Source: Promethearchaeota archaeon (GTDB lineage Archaea > Asgardarchaeota > Lokiarchaeia > Sigyniarchaeales > SOKP01). From it: a DNA stretch of 64,000 nt. Every line of letters begins with the position of its first letter. Within the stretch, counting starts at the first letter, position 1. Below, piece by piece: positions 31,838-42,303 of this stretch. The notes beneath the pieces are model-generated. The model did not search any database. It saw only the letters and a list, made by a program, of their open reading frames with translations, and was not told the origin of the DNA. The translations under genes were made by a program, and so were the position numbers. The stretch is taken from contig JBHLOC010000001.1 of NCBI GenBank assembly GCA_048940925.1, positions 128,001 to 192,000 of the forward strand. The letters are read 5' to 3'.

Positions 31838-32586
31838 TTTAAAAATTCAGGTAAATTGGCGAAATACACTTTGAATAAAATTAAAAATATTAAAAATAAT
31901 AACAAGTATATTGTAAATAACCAATCTCTAAGTGAATAATTAATAGAATAATAATAGGAACGTTGTTTTTCGCTACCAAATGCTCTGGATTCGAGTGCTT
32001 CTGCTACATTAAAAGCTCTTTTAATCGAACAGATTATTAGCGGAATTAATAAAGGAAAAAGGTTTTTAATTTGCTTAATTATACCTTTTTTTTGCATCTC
32101 ATAGCCTCTACTTTGCTGGGCATCAATAATATTTTGGGCTTCTAATGCTATTGTAGGTACAAATCGAAAAGCTAATGAAAAAGCAAAAGCAAACTCATAA
32201 CGAATTTTCATTGAAATCAAAGAAAGTGCTAAATCATTAGGATCTACAGTTAGGAAAAATATTGAAAAGGCAGAAACCATAATACATATGCGTATTGCCA
32301 TTGCTACTGCGAAAGATAAGGATAAAAACAGAGTATTTAAAATAATTATAAAAAGAATTAAAAATGATAAACCACGTATGCTTTTAATCCATTCCTTAAA
32401 CAATTTTCCAATTAATACTATAGGAATTAAACTCAATAAGATAAAAAGTAATGGAATAATTTTATTGAATAACAATGCACTGATAGTATATATAATTGCT
32501 AATATTAATTTAGTTCTGGGATCAACTTTATGAAGAAAAGACTGTTTTTTCATAAATTTAAATGCATTAAGGAATTCTAAGGACAA
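31819..32586 (-). CDS. ecfT: ECF transporter T component
   Basis: DPRTK, RFVP, QSRG, ESRAF. Confidence 0.92.
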   Translation of the reverse strand: MSLEFLNAFKFMKKQSFLHKVDPRTKLILAIIYTISALLFNKIIPLLFILLSLIPIVLIGKLFKEWIKSIRGLSFLILFIIILNTLFLSLSFAVAMAIRICIMVSAFSIFFLTVDPNDLALSLISMKIRYEFAFAFSLAFRFVPTIALEAQNIIDAQQSRGYEMQKKGIIKQIKNLFPLLIPLIICSIKRAFNVAEALESRAFGSEKQRSYYYSINYSLRDWLFTIYLLLFLIFLILFKVYFANLPEFLNWRLPV

Positions 32587-32601
32587 TTGTTTTTAGTCAC
32601 C

Positions 32602-33465
32602 CTAAATTGTTATAGATTTCTCTTTTATAAATTTCTTTAAATAATCAATAATTTCATTCTCTGAAATCTCATTTTTCATATCTTGAGTAATTATTTGTTG
32701 TAAAGCTCTATAAAATTGATGTATTTGGGGTAAAATTAATGACGCTTTCTCAACAAGAAATTCACTACTTAGTAATTTTTTCGTGTGTCCATCAGCGATA
32801 ATTTCCCCTTCGGCCATTAATATTGTTCTTGGTATATATTTAAAAGCAAACTCAATATTATGAGTTATAATTATTATTGTTTTTCCTTCTTTCCTTTCAT
32901 TATTGATTAAATTAATAAAAAACTCAATTTCTTTAGCATCTTGACCAAGAGTTGGTTCATCAAATATTAAGATACTCGGATCTCGGCATATTATTGATGC
33001 TATTGCCAATTTTTTTGATTCTCCTCCTGATAAATTTAGGGGCGATCTTTCTCGATATTTCTCAAGATCAAAGTTTTTTAAAACCTCATTTACTTTTGCT
33101 TCGATTTCATCTTTACTGAGGTTTAGGCTTTTCAAAGAAAATCTAATTTCTTCTTCTACTGAATTTGCAAAAAGTTGATGGTAAGGATTTTGAAAAATAA
33201 TGCCTACATTTTTAGATAGTGTTGCAATACTACTTGAATTAATATTCTTATTATCAATATAGATATTTCCTCGTTTTGGTCTTATTAATCCATTCAAGGT
33301 ACGAATGAGAGTAGTCTTACCCGCTCCATTTTTTCCCATTATTGCTAATGATTCCCCTCTTCTAATATTTATATTAATTTTTTTTAAAGCTTTAGTACCA
33401 TCAGGATAAGCATAGGATAAATCTTTAATAATAATTAAGGGTAAGCTTTCTAACACTTTATTCAC
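32602..33465 (-). CDS. ecfA2: ECF transporter ATPase
   Basis: GKNGAGKT, FQNP, LSGGE, DEPT. Confidence 0.92.
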   Translation of the reverse strand: MNKVLESLPLIIIKDLSYAYPDGTKALKKININIRRGESLAIMGKNGAGKTTLIRTLNGLIRPKRGNIYIDNKNINSSSIATLSKNVGIIFQNPYHQLFANSVEEEIRFSLKSLNLSKDEIEAKVNEVLKNFDLEKYRERSPLNLSGGESKKLAIASIICRDPSILIFDEPTLGQDAKEIEFFINLINNERKEGKTIIIITHNIEFAFKYIPRTILMAEGEIIADGHTKKLLSSEFLVEKASLILPQIHQFYRALQQIITQDMKNEISENEIIDYLKKFIKEKSITI

Positions 33466-34306
33466 CCGATGTTATTTGTTTTAAAGAGTTTATTGCATCT
33501 GGAATAGAGGCAGGTATTTTCCCCATGAATATGCCATCTATTTTTAATTTGTTAAATATGCTATAAATGATAGGTTTATTCAAATTAAGACTTTTAAAAT
33601 TTATTCCGTTGAGAACTTTATCACGAATATTATACTCAATTACATGGCCTCCTTTCATTAAAATCATATGATCTGTAAAAGGGAGAATTAAATCTAATCG
33701 ATGTTCACTAATTAAAATTGTTATCTTTTTTTCTAACTTTATTTCAGTTAATAAATTAATAATTTTTTTTGCCATATAAGGGTCTAATAAAGCTGTAGGT
33801 TCATCCAATATTAGTAATTTAGGTTCTAATACTAAGATTGATGCTATCGCAACACGTTGTTGTTCACCTCCGCTCAATTCGAAGGGTGCTTTATCCATAA
33901 TATTTTCAATTTCGGTTAAAGATGCACTTTCTTTTATTCTTCGAGAAATTTCATTAGGTTGTATTCCTAAATTTTCTAATCCAAATGCTATTTCATGTTC
34001 TACATTCATGGCAATTAATTGATTTTCCGGATTCTGAAATACAATACCAACATCTGTTGATATATTTGCTATTGAAGTTTTAGATGTGTCTTTACCATTA
34101 ATTTTAACTTTGCCTTTATAAAAACCAGAATAAAATTGTGGGATCAAACCATTCATGCATCTAATTAATGTTGTTTTGCCTGATCCTGTTTCTCCGCAAA
34201 GTAGTATAAATTTATTATCTTCTATTTTTAAATTAATATTATTTAAAGCATAATCTTCATTTCCTTTATACCGGAAAAAAAAGTTTTCGAATTTTATTAA
34301 ATCCAT
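33458..34306 (-). CDS. ecfA1: ECF transporter ATPase
   Basis: GETGSGKT, FQNPENQ, LSGGEQQR. Confidence 0.92.
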   Translation of the reverse strand: MDLIKFENFFFRYKGNEDYALNNINLKIEDNKFILLCGETGSGKTTLIRCMNGLIPQFYSGFYKGKVKINGKDTSKTSIANISTDVGIVFQNPENQLIAMNVEHEIAFGLENLGIQPNEISRRIKESASLTEIENIMDKAPFELSGGEQQRVAIASILVLEPKLLILDEPTALLDPYMAKKIINLLTEIKLEKKITILISEHRLDLILPFTDHMILMKGGHVIEYNIRDKVLNGINFKSLNLNKPIIYSIFNKLKIDGIFMGKIPASIPDAINSLKQITSGE

Positions 34307-34357
34307 GTTTAATTATTTCTAGTAATACGCTACTGCTTTATTATAATCTTTAATTAT

Positions 34358-35371
34358 TTAAAACTTAGGTGATAAAAATTCCCTTATTTTTTTAATAATT
34401 TTTTCAAGGATTATATCGAATTCAGCATTACAAGATATGTGAGCTGCTCCATCGTGTCCACCACCCTCGCAGTTATCAGATATCTCTCTTAAGATTTGTC
34501 CTAAATGAATTCCAGTTTGCAAACAGACTACTTTTTTAGCTCTAGCATTAATCCTAAATCCTGTATTATTCTTTGAGTAGACTAAACTTATATCAACTCC
34601 GCAAGTTATTAACATAGATGCCACACTTGCTCCAAAACTACTAACATTACTAATTCCAATTAAATAGTTACTTTCACGTATTAATTTTACACGTTGTAAG
34701 CCTTTTATTTTAGCAATTTTTTCTGAAATGTCGATATCTTCTTTAAGTAATATCTGAATTTCTCGAATATCTATATCTTCATCTAAGAGTTCACTTACAT
34801 TATTAATAGTTTCATTGGCTCCATATTTAAAAAATCCAGAATCAGTTAAAATTGCTGCAATAATTAAAAATTTATAAGGGAGAGTTAGGTCTTGCTGATA
34901 AGATTTAAATAGTGTCAGTATAATTTCTACTGTGGAAGTAAAATTATCAAATATTAAATTAAATGATTCTAAATTTTGAGTATCAAGTTTTAGGTTTGGA
35001 TAATGATGGTCTATAAAAATATAGGGAATTTCAAGCGGGATACTATTTAAATCGTTTTTAAATTTTACATGATTAACATTATTTGTGTCTAATATAAGAC
35101 AGATATCGAAATTAGAAAAACTTAAAGGAACTTCATTTTTAAAAGTAAATTTAGGGAATTTTTCACAAAATTTTTTTTTGAAATTTTTAGTTGATTTTAG
35201 TAGTTCTGGAAGATAAACTGAAGTATTTATATTTTTATTATACTGAGTTAGGAAAAATTTTAAAGCAAAACAAGAAACAAATCCATCAATATCTACTAGA
35301 TCATGGGTTGTAATTAAAATTCTTTTATTCTTTAAAAAAGATAATAAATTTTTAATTTTAGTTTTTAACAT
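34358..35371 (-). CDS. DHH-family phosphoesterase
   Basis: DID, DT, IDHH, TDSG, GGGH. Confidence 0.9.
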   Translation of the reverse strand: MLKTKIKNLLSFLKNKRILITTHDLVDIDGFVSCFALKFFLTQYNKNINTSVYLPELLKSTKNFKKKFCEKFPKFTFKNEVPLSFSNFDICLILDTNNVNHVKFKNDLNSIPLEIPYIFIDHHYPNLKLDTQNLESFNLIFDNFTSTVEIILTLFKSYQQDLTLPYKFLIIAAILTDSGFFKYGANETINNVSELLDEDIDIREIQILLKEDIDISEKIAKIKGLQRVKLIRESNYLIGISNVSSFGASVASMLITCGVDISLVYSKNNTGFRINARAKKVVCLQTGIHLGQILREISDNCEGGGHDGAAHISCNAEFDIILEKIIKKIREFLSPKF

Positions 35372-35379
35372 AAACCTGA

Positions 35380-35742
35380 TTATAGATTCTTATTTTGTAA
35401 ATCAGCTTGTATCGAATTTCGCAATGTAGTAATTTGATTTTCTACTCTCGTTTTCTTTTGGTCTAAAGTTTTTAATCGCATTTCTAACGTCACTTTTAAA
35501 CTCTTTTTTTCATCCAATAATTTGTTCTTTTCACTTTTAACAAGTATTCCTCCAATACTCTTATAAACTGTATTGTCTGGATTTATTTTTTCTAACTCAT
35601 CTATAGCTAATTCTGTTTCTCTAAGTGTAGATTCCAATTGTAATTTTTGAGTCGTTATAAATTCATATGTTTGCTGAAGATTTTGGAGATTTAATATTTT
35701 CTTTTTCTGCTCCTCGTCTAAATCGTCTAGATTTATTGTCAT
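35380..35742 (-). CDS. pfdB: Prefoldin beta subunit
   Basis: Coiled coils flanking VYKSIGGILV. Confidence 0.93.
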   Translation of the reverse strand: MTINLDDLDEEQKKKILNLQNLQQTYEFITTQKLQLESTLRETELAIDELEKINPDNTVYKSIGGILVKSEKNKLLDEKKSLKVTLEMRLKTLDQKKTRVENQITTLRNSIQADLQNKNL

Positions 35743-35801
35743 GATTACCTTCCTTTACTTTTCTATATTTTATTTTATGTATTAAATAATAAATCTTTTT
35801 C

Positions 35802-36074
35802 CTATGTTTTTTTTGTTATTTGCAATGTATTTTCAATTATTTTCCCAAAATTAATAATTTCATTTATAGAAGCTCTAAATGCCGTAATATCTTTACTTTC
35901 GATCTTAAAAAATATAGAATTATTATTTTTTTTTTCGATTAAAAGATTTGAACGTTTGGTTTGTAATTTCTTAATTTCTGGGATGAATGAGTTATATGAT
36001 ATATCTCTATTTGAGGGATTATTAAATATTAGTTCTATTGTTGATTTTATAAAAAATAAGATTTTTTGATTCAT
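35802..36074 (-). CDS. pcc1: KEOPS subunit Pcc1
   Basis: SKDITAFRASIN; position between rpl37ae and pfdB. Confidence 0.85.
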   Translation of the reverse strand: MNQKILFFIKSTIELIFNNPSNRDISYNSFIPEIKKLQTKRSNLLIEKKNNNSIFFKIESKDITAFRASINEIINFGKIIENTLQITKKT

Positions 36075-36076
36075 TA

Positions 36077-36361
36077 TTATTCATTAATGTCTGATTCTCT
36101 TTGTTTACGTTTTGCAACTCTAAAAGATTCTGCTCCACGAGCAGTTTCTTTAAAGTAAGCACCACCAGTAAATCGTGCGTTACATTTTCTACAATACCAA
36201 ATACCACTTGATACCCGATGAACAGATCCATTAGTTTCACAATTAGGACATTTAATTTTTCCCTTCATTTTTTCTAAAATTAATCGAGTTCTCTTACGTA
36301 ATGTACTTCCATAACGTGCACCATATGTGCCAGTAACTCCTACTTTCTTAGTTTTACCCAT
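36077..36361 (-). CDS. rpl37ae: 50S ribosomal protein L37Ae (eL43)
   Basis: GARYGSTLRK, CPNC, GIWYCRKC, FTGGAY; start placed at ATG 36361. Confidence 0.96.
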   Translation of the reverse strand: MGKTKKVGVTGTYGARYGSTLRKRTRLILEKMKGKIKCPNCETNGSVHRVSSGIWYCRKCNARFTGGAYFKETARGAESFRVAKRKQRESDINE

Positions 36362-36444
36362 TTTAATCAAAAAAAGTAATGAATTTATTAATGTTTTATA
36401 AAAACCTATTATAAACTATAAATTTTTCTAAATTAGAAAACAAT

Positions 36445-36739
36445 ATGAGTTTTTCTTTTAACTGATTTAAGAGCCAAATAAGAGAATTTTTAAATTCCTT
36501 TAAGGAATATTACTATTGTTGATCAAAAATTTAGAAAAGATGGTGTTCTTCTAATAAGCTCAGAATTATCTATAATTGATGATATAGGTGATAATCATTC
36601 ATTAATAGCTAAAGTAGAACTAGTCATTCCTGTTCCTTTTACAATTAAGGAAGGAAATCGATCAACTTTGTTTTAATCAATAGGACATATTGAATTGGAC
36701 GGAAATAAAGATGATTCTGGAGTATTTGGAATCTCTTAG
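36445..36739 (+). pseudogene. Probable degraded gene fragment inserted antisense within the exosome operon
   Basis: Protein-like frame ...TIVDQKFRKDGVLLISSELSIIDDIGDNHSLIAKVELVIPVPFTIKEGNRSTLF*SIGHIELDGNKDDSGVFGIS* with stops and no usable start. Confidence 0.45.
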
Positions 36740-36832
36740 AAGAATTAAAGACTAATATTTCTACTAAATTATGATTTTTACTGGATTTATAAAATCAAAA
36801 TAAAAAAAGTTAAAAAAACAATTCAATAAAAT

Positions 36833-37660
36833 TTATTCTGTTTTACTTAAATATTGGAAAAAATCTAGATTATTTCTTAATTTCTTACCTATATCAATTG
36901 ATTGTTTTCCAAGCATTTTGATTTCTTCTATTGAAAATGTAGCAGCCCCACTTTTTTGAATAGATGTAATTTTATCTTTTGTGACAGATATTGATATCTT
37001 ACCATCACTAACTAATTCTTCAGCTAAGTTAGGGTCCAAAAATATAATATCATCTATTTTACCATAAGTTAATACTAATGGTAATTCTTTAACTATTGTT
37101 TCTCCTGTTATATACTTTCCTGTCCATTCAAGTCCATCTCCTCCAATTTTACCTTCAGGAATATGAGCAGAAATTAAAGTTGTTAAAGCACTCACACCTC
37201 CGGCATCAATTAAGTTTCCGTCATAATTAATTACATACATATCAACAAACAATATATATACTGCTTCATTTTCTTTTATACAAAGCTTTTTAGTTTGAAC
37301 ACAGTCTGCATGACGAATTCCACGATCTACCACTCTTGCTAATTCAATTGATTGTTCATCTGGAGGACCTCTTTCAAATAAAGGAGAAGCTACAGGAAGT
37401 AATTCAGCCATGATGGTACAAACACCCTCATTTGGTAGATCTGGGAATGGTTCACCGATCTCATATTTCAATCCTGTAATAATCCTAGTATCTCCTAATG
37501 AAACATCTGCAGAACCTTCTGCAGATGAAATGATATCACTTTTTATATTAAATTCACGATGTTCCCAAATATCTCTTCCATCTATTCTTTCTCCTTTTTT
37601 CAAATTAGAGGTTATATAGTCTTTTTCAATCTTGGAGATTATCCTTTTAACATCCATCAT
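36833..37660 (-). CDS. rrp42: Exosome complex component Rrp42
   Basis: RIDGR, AEGSA, ELARVVDRGIR, DGNLID. Confidence 0.95.
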   Translation of the reverse strand: MMDVKRIISKIEKDYITSNLKKGERIDGRDIWEHREFNIKSDIISSAEGSADVSLGDTRIITGLKYEIGEPFPDLPNEGVCTIMAELLPVASPLFERGPPDEQSIELARVVDRGIRHADCVQTKKLCIKENEAVYILFVDMYVINYDGNLIDAGGVSALTTLISAHIPEGKIGGDGLEWTGKYITGETIVKELPLVLTYGKIDDIIFLDPNLAEELVSDGKISISVTKDKITSIQKSGAATFSIEEIKMLGKQSIDIGKKLRNNLDFFQYLSKTE

Positions 37661-37683
37661 TTTTATTTATCACCTTCCTTAGA

Positions 37684-38448
37684 TTATTCCTCTGTTTCTT
37701 TACTTACATCTTCTTTTAAATTAATATATTTACTTTTTAAAGCATTCAATTGCATTTGATGTATTTGTTTTAATGATTCTGTAGCTAATTCCATAAATTC
37801 ATTCATCTCCTCTAAATCCATATCGCCATCAAACTGGAGCAGTGAAATTTCTTCGTTATACCAAGTTATAGCACATGGTAAATCTGCTTCTCCCGCTTTA
37901 TCTTCAATTCCAGAAAGATCAACTACTATTTTTCCATCAATCTTTCCTACAGCTACTGCAGATACTAAACTTTTCATTGGAACTCCAGCATCAGCTAATG
38001 CTAAAGCTGCAACTGTCGTGCTAGCACATCTAGTTCCGCCATCAGCATCCATTACTTCAATAAAAACCTCAAAACTCGTACCAGGATATAACTCAAGAAA
38101 TAAAACAGGTTCAAGGCAATCTGCCACTATCATTGATATTTCTTTTTCCCGACGTCCAGGAGCAGGTCTTTTTCTATCGAAAACAGAAAATGTAGCCATC
38201 CTATAAAACACTCTTAAAACACCGCGATCAGGCTTAGCTAAATGATGAGGGTGAACCTCCCTTGGTCCATAAACAGCTGCAAAAATCTTATTATTACCCC
38301 ATTCTAGAAAAGCTGACCCATCCGCATTTTTTATAACTCCCACTTCCATTTTTATAGGCCTTAACTCATGTATATCACGACCATCTAAGCGTTTTCCATC
38401 TTCACGAAATAATTTTTCTGGATACTCATCTTTAATGATTAATGGCAT
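37684..38448 (-). CDS. rrp41: Exosome complex component Rrp41
   Basis: RLDGR, ADGSA, YGPRE, ADGGTR, EDKAGEAD. Confidence 0.96.
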   Translation of the reverse strand: MPLIIKDEYPEKLFREDGKRLDGRDIHELRPIKMEVGVIKNADGSAFLEWGNNKIFAAVYGPREVHPHHLAKPDRGVLRVFYRMATFSVFDRKRPAPGRREKEISMIVADCLEPVLFLELYPGTSFEVFIEVMDADGGTRCASTTVAALALADAGVPMKSLVSAVAVGKIDGKIVVDLSGIEDKAGEADLPCAITWYNEEISLLQFDGDMDLEEMNEFMELATESLKQIHQMQLNALKSKYINLKEDVSKETEE

Positions 38449-39228
38449 TTATGCTATACCTCTATTCTTTTTTTCATTGGTAATGAATTCATGCATCCGA
38501 TCAGTTAAACCTACGGTATGTGCCTCAGAAGCTATCTTTTTAATTGATTCTATAAGTAATCGTTCATGAGCAATATCATCACCTTTTAACCAAATTCTTC
38601 CATTTTGAGTAACAAAGATATTACAGTTGGTTAAGTTTTTTAGCATTTTTATCATAGAACCATTTCGCCCGATTACTCTTGGTATTTTTGGAGGATCTAT
38701 AGAAATTACAATTCCACCAATTTTTTTTCCAAGATATTTTCCTACCGTAGTTAATTCAGGTTTATTTAAACGATCAGCTGAAAGAATTTTTACAACAAGA
38801 ATATCCCCGATATCAAATTTCTCAATAGTTGCTTGTTCTTGGGAATAACTAGATCCTCTAAATCCTTTTATCTTTCCTCTCTTAATTGTGTTTTTTGGTT
38901 TTAATGTCCCAAAATCTTTAGCATTTATATCACATTTATACTTTACGGGATTCTTGTCTACGATTAATGCTATCACCTTATCTCCCGGTTTCGGAGTATA
39001 AAACCCTCTTAAAGGAATCACATTTATATAGTTTTTTGTGATTTGTTTTAATCCAATATTAAGTGATACTATTTTAGTTTTATCTTTATTGTATATCGTA
39101 CCCCTTCCAGGTAAGAAATTTTTTACATCACCAGTTATAACCTCTCCAGGAATAACTAGATCTCTTGTGGATTCTTCTTCTTCAAAATCTTCGAACTCCT
39201 CAGTCTCATTTTCGTCTTCTTCTTCCAT
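38449..39228 (-). CDS. rrp4: Exosome complex component Rrp4
   Basis: VIPGE, S1 domain, KH PRVIGRNGSM, QNGRIW. Confidence 0.95.
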   Translation of the reverse strand: MEEEDENETEEFEDFEEEESTRDLVIPGEVITGDVKNFLPGRGTIYNKDKTKIVSLNIGLKQITKNYINVIPLRGFYTPKPGDKVIALIVDKNPVKYKCDINAKDFGTLKPKNTIKRGKIKGFRGSSYSQEQATIEKFDIGDILVVKILSADRLNKPELTTVGKYLGKKIGGIVISIDPPKIPRVIGRNGSMIKMLKNLTNCNIFVTQNGRIWLKGDDIAHERLLIESIKKIASEAHTVGLTDRMHEFITNEKKNRGIA

Positions 39229-39319
39229 TTTAGATATTCACTTCTTTTTTTAAAACTATTTTTTTCTCCTATTAGCTAAAAAACAATATAAATGAGAATT
39301 TAATTAAAAAACTATTAGC

Positions 39320-40123
39320 CTAGGATTTTAACAGTTTTGTTTGAACCCTGCCGTGAGTCAATTTATTCAATTTATCAATTAATTCTAGTTGCAGTCCTGC
39401 TGGTAAACTTACAACTGAAACCCATGAACCATCAGATTGCCACTCTTCTTTCTTAATTTGTGAATATTGAGCAACAATATTATAACCCTTTGCTGTAAAC
39501 ACTGAAGGAATTTTAACTGCCATTTCTACTTGCTCCATTCGAATAGGAATAATCGCTCGTATATTTTTAACTATATCATCAACTTGTTCTTCTGCACTTT
39601 TCATTAAATCAATTTTAACATTTGCTTCCTCAATTGCTTTTTCTATTCTCTGGTACGGATGAGGTTTTTTATTCTGAGGATTTATGGCATTTTTACTAAT
39701 AATTGTTATAATTTGTTTTAATTTCTTATTTTTCTCTTCTTCTCTTTGTGCTTTTGTCCATTGTATATCTCCTTCAAGTAAAATATATGCAGCAATTCTC
39801 ACACCGTCAGTAGTTTCAAATATAGCTTCCATGTCACCATCAGTCGCCTTTTTACCTCTCCTTAAATCTTCAAATACCATAAAGCTTTCAAAAATTAGCT
39901 CAAGATCTATCTTATTATTATGAATAATTTCATCAATCGAAAGTCTTGATTTTTCCTTACCATTTTTCAAACGTTTGTTGATCTCATCTCGAATTAACTT
40001 TTTTGCATCCCAAGCTTTCTCTGGATCCATTAACATCTCGAAAATTCTTCCTGATTTTTCAATCCGTCCTATTATAAAATCACCTAAATCAATTCTGGCT
40101 CTGTCAGTCGGTCTGTCACTCAT
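39320..40123 (-). CDS. Ribosome maturation protein SBDS/Sdo1
   Basis: INPQNKKPHP, IRAIIPI, EEWQSDGS. Confidence 0.94.
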   Translation of the reverse strand: MSDRPTDRARIDLGDFIIGRIEKSGRIFEMLMDPEKAWDAKKLIRDEINKRLKNGKEKSRLSIDEIIHNNKIDLELIFESFMVFEDLRRGKKATDGDMEAIFETTDGVRIAAYILLEGDIQWTKAQREEEKNKKLKQIITIISKNAINPQNKKPHPYQRIEKAIEEANVKIDLMKSAEEQVDDIVKNIRAIIPIRMEQVEMAVKIPSVFTAKGYNIVAQYSQIKKEEWQSDGSWVSVVSLPAGLQLELIDKLNKLTHGRVQTKLLKS

Positions 40124-40255
40124 AATATCACTTCTTTATTTTATGAATTGGATTCCCTTGACTTCTATCCTTCCTAATTTTTTGTCTTTGCGTTAATTGA
40201 TAAATATAAAGGGCTGAAACCTTGATAGTTTATAATTTATATTAGTTTAGGGTGA

Positions 40256-40975
40256 TTATATTTTACCTAACAATTCTTCTTTCTCTTCTAAACTTAAAAG
40301 CTTAAAAGTTCTATCTTCTTTCAATATAAAAGCAACATCACATGTATCTTTATTTAAGTTGTCACCCATCAACTCTTTTAACACTTTTAATGGTAATAAT
40401 TTCAAATCTTCATCACTCATATCCTCACTATAATGTTCTTCAAGGTACGCCCTTGCTTCAGTTGCATTGGAGCCAATTGCGAAGGCAAGATAACCCCACA
40501 TAGCTCCACTGGGATCTGTAAGATATAAAGAAGGCTTACCATTAGCATCAATTCCAGCAATTAAGAAGCTTACACCAAACGGCCTTACCCCTGCATTCTG
40601 GGTAAATACCTGTTTATATTCGCATATATTTAAGGTACTATCCTTTACTGAAATTTTTTCATCATAATTTAATAAGTTAACTTGTGCTTGAACACGGGCT
40701 CTATCAATCAAAACCCGAGCATCAGCAGTAAGGCCGGCTATTGCGACTCCGATATGATCATCAATTTTAAATATTTTCTCTGAACCAATAGTTTGTTCTT
40801 GAAGTTCAGATGCTTTTTTTTCTACTGCAAAAACAACGGAGTTCTTATTCTTACATACAATTGCCGTTGTACCTCTTCGGACGGCTTCAATAGCATATTC
40901 AACTTGAAATAACCGTCCCTCAGGACTAAATTGGGTTATTGCCATATCGTAGCCCCTTCCAGCTTGTTGGAACAT
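40256..40975 (-). CDS. psmA: Proteasome alpha subunit
   Basis: YDMAITQFSPEGRLFQVEYA, RPFGVS. Confidence 0.97.
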   Translation of the reverse strand: MFQQAGRGYDMAITQFSPEGRLFQVEYAIEAVRRGTTAIVCKNKNSVVFAVEKKASELQEQTIGSEKIFKIDDHIGVAIAGLTADARVLIDRARVQAQVNLLNYDEKISVKDSTLNICEYKQVFTQNAGVRPFGVSFLIAGIDANGKPSLYLTDPSGAMWGYLAFAIGSNATEARAYLEEHYSEDMSDEDLKLLPLKVLKELMGDNLNKDTCDVAFILKEDRTFKLLSLEEKEELLGKI

Positions 40976-41283
40976 TTTTGATAGCCTCCTTAACTTTAAA
41001 TTTTCAACTAATTCTTTTATTTATATTATTTTTTAGTTTTTTTGATATACTTAATTATCTTGTAGTAATAAATACTGAAATAAATATTTTGTTTAAATAA
41101 ATTAAAAAAATAAAAAAAATCAAGTATAAGATATCATTTTGCTAAGAATCTTCTCAAAATTGAGATTTTATTGATGTTTTCCACCGAGTTTTCAAATGAT
41201 GTGTTAATAAGAGTCATCAAATTTTGAATAGAATAAATATTTAAATTTAAAAAAATAGATATCAAAAAATAAAAAATACCTTA

Positions 41284-41303
41284 TAATGTCCCGAGAGACA
41301 TTA
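41284..41303 (-). terminator. Hairpin plus U-tract after micropeptide copy 1
   Basis: TAATGTCTC-TC-GGGACATTA on the minus strand, followed by T runs. Confidence 0.6.
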
Positions 41304-41309
41304 AATACT

Positions 41310-41342
41310 TTATGGCTTTGGACCAGTATCTCCCTTCCACAT
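41310..41342 (-). CDS. Putative 10-aa micropeptide MWKGDTGPKP (copy 1)
   Basis: Paralogous to 45137..45169 with synonymous and conservative changes; TTATATAA 25 nt upstream of ATG; hairpin 6 nt after the stop. Confidence 0.6.
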   Translation of the reverse strand: MWKGDTGPKP

Positions 41343-41443
41343 ATTATTATTTTTTTATTTATGTATTTATATAACACCAAAAATTAGTTGAATTTTTATA
41401 GAATAACATATTGTTTAACAAAATAAGATAAAAATCAATCAAA

Positions 41444-42250
41444 TTGTCTATTCTCTCTCATTACCTATTCCGATTATTTTGGGTGCTTTCGAGATATAAG
41501 TCCTATTTTGAGAACTTATTTAGAGTGCTTCCATTCTTCACTTCACGACCTACTTACCGTTCAATGAAAATGTTTGCAGATGCAATAGAAGATTATTATT
41601 CATATAACTTAAAAAGTTCATTTGTATTTTATAAACATTGTTTACAGAAGAAATATAATGGAATAAAAATAATATATGATTTAGGAATTTATTTTAGAAG
41701 CTGGGATAAACTCGATCGATTAGAGAAAAAAATCATCAATTTATCATATGGAAATATTCTGGATATAGGATCATGCACGGGGTATTATATTCCCTATTTG
41801 ATGAATAAAGGACCAACAACAGGAATAGAACTCTCATCTAAAATTAACAATATAGCGCGAAAAAAAGGTCTTGATAATTGTATTTCAGGTGATTTTTTAA
41901 AATATAAGTTCAATAAGACATTCGACACAATTACTCTCTTTGGAAACGATATTGCGCTTTCAGGTTCCTTATTTAACTTAAAAAAAATATTGAAGAAATT
42001 CAAAAAGTTACTTAACCATGACGGTCAAGTATTATTAATCATAAGCCATATTCGAACATTAAAATATTGGCATGTTATATTTACCCCTAAGTATGAGGGT
42101 CATTTTGGAATTCCTTTTAAATTACTTTTCTTTAATACCCACTTTTTTAATAAATTTGCTGCTAAATACGGTTTTTATTCCAGCATTCTTGGAAAAAGTG
42201 AAATGCTCGGAGACCTTTCATATTTAGTTAGATTAGTTAAATTATCATAA
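41444..42250 (+). CDS. Class I SAM-dependent methyltransferase
   Basis: ILDIGSCTG, GIELS, GDF, FDTITL. Confidence 0.85.
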   Translation: MSILSHYLFRLFWVLSRYKSYFENLFRVLPFFTSRPTYRSMKMFADAIEDYYSYNLKSSFVFYKHCLQKKYNGIKIIYDLGIYFRSWDKLDRLEKKIINLSYGNILDIGSCTGYYIPYLMNKGPTTGIELSSKINNIARKKGLDNCISGDFLKYKFNKTFDTITLFGNDIALSGSLFNLKKILKKFKKLLNHDGQVLLIISHIRTLKYWHVIFTPKYEGHFGIPFKLLFFNTHFFNKFAAKYGFYSSILGKSEMLGDLSYLVRLVKLS

Positions 42251-42303
42251 AATTTTAAATGGAACCATTTTATTTATACAAATTGATTTTAATCTAAACT
42301 TAA

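Noticed and set aside
40130-40230. Short basic minus-strand frame between psmA and SBDS
   Set aside because: No ATG/GTG/TTG start, no SD motif and no recognisable family
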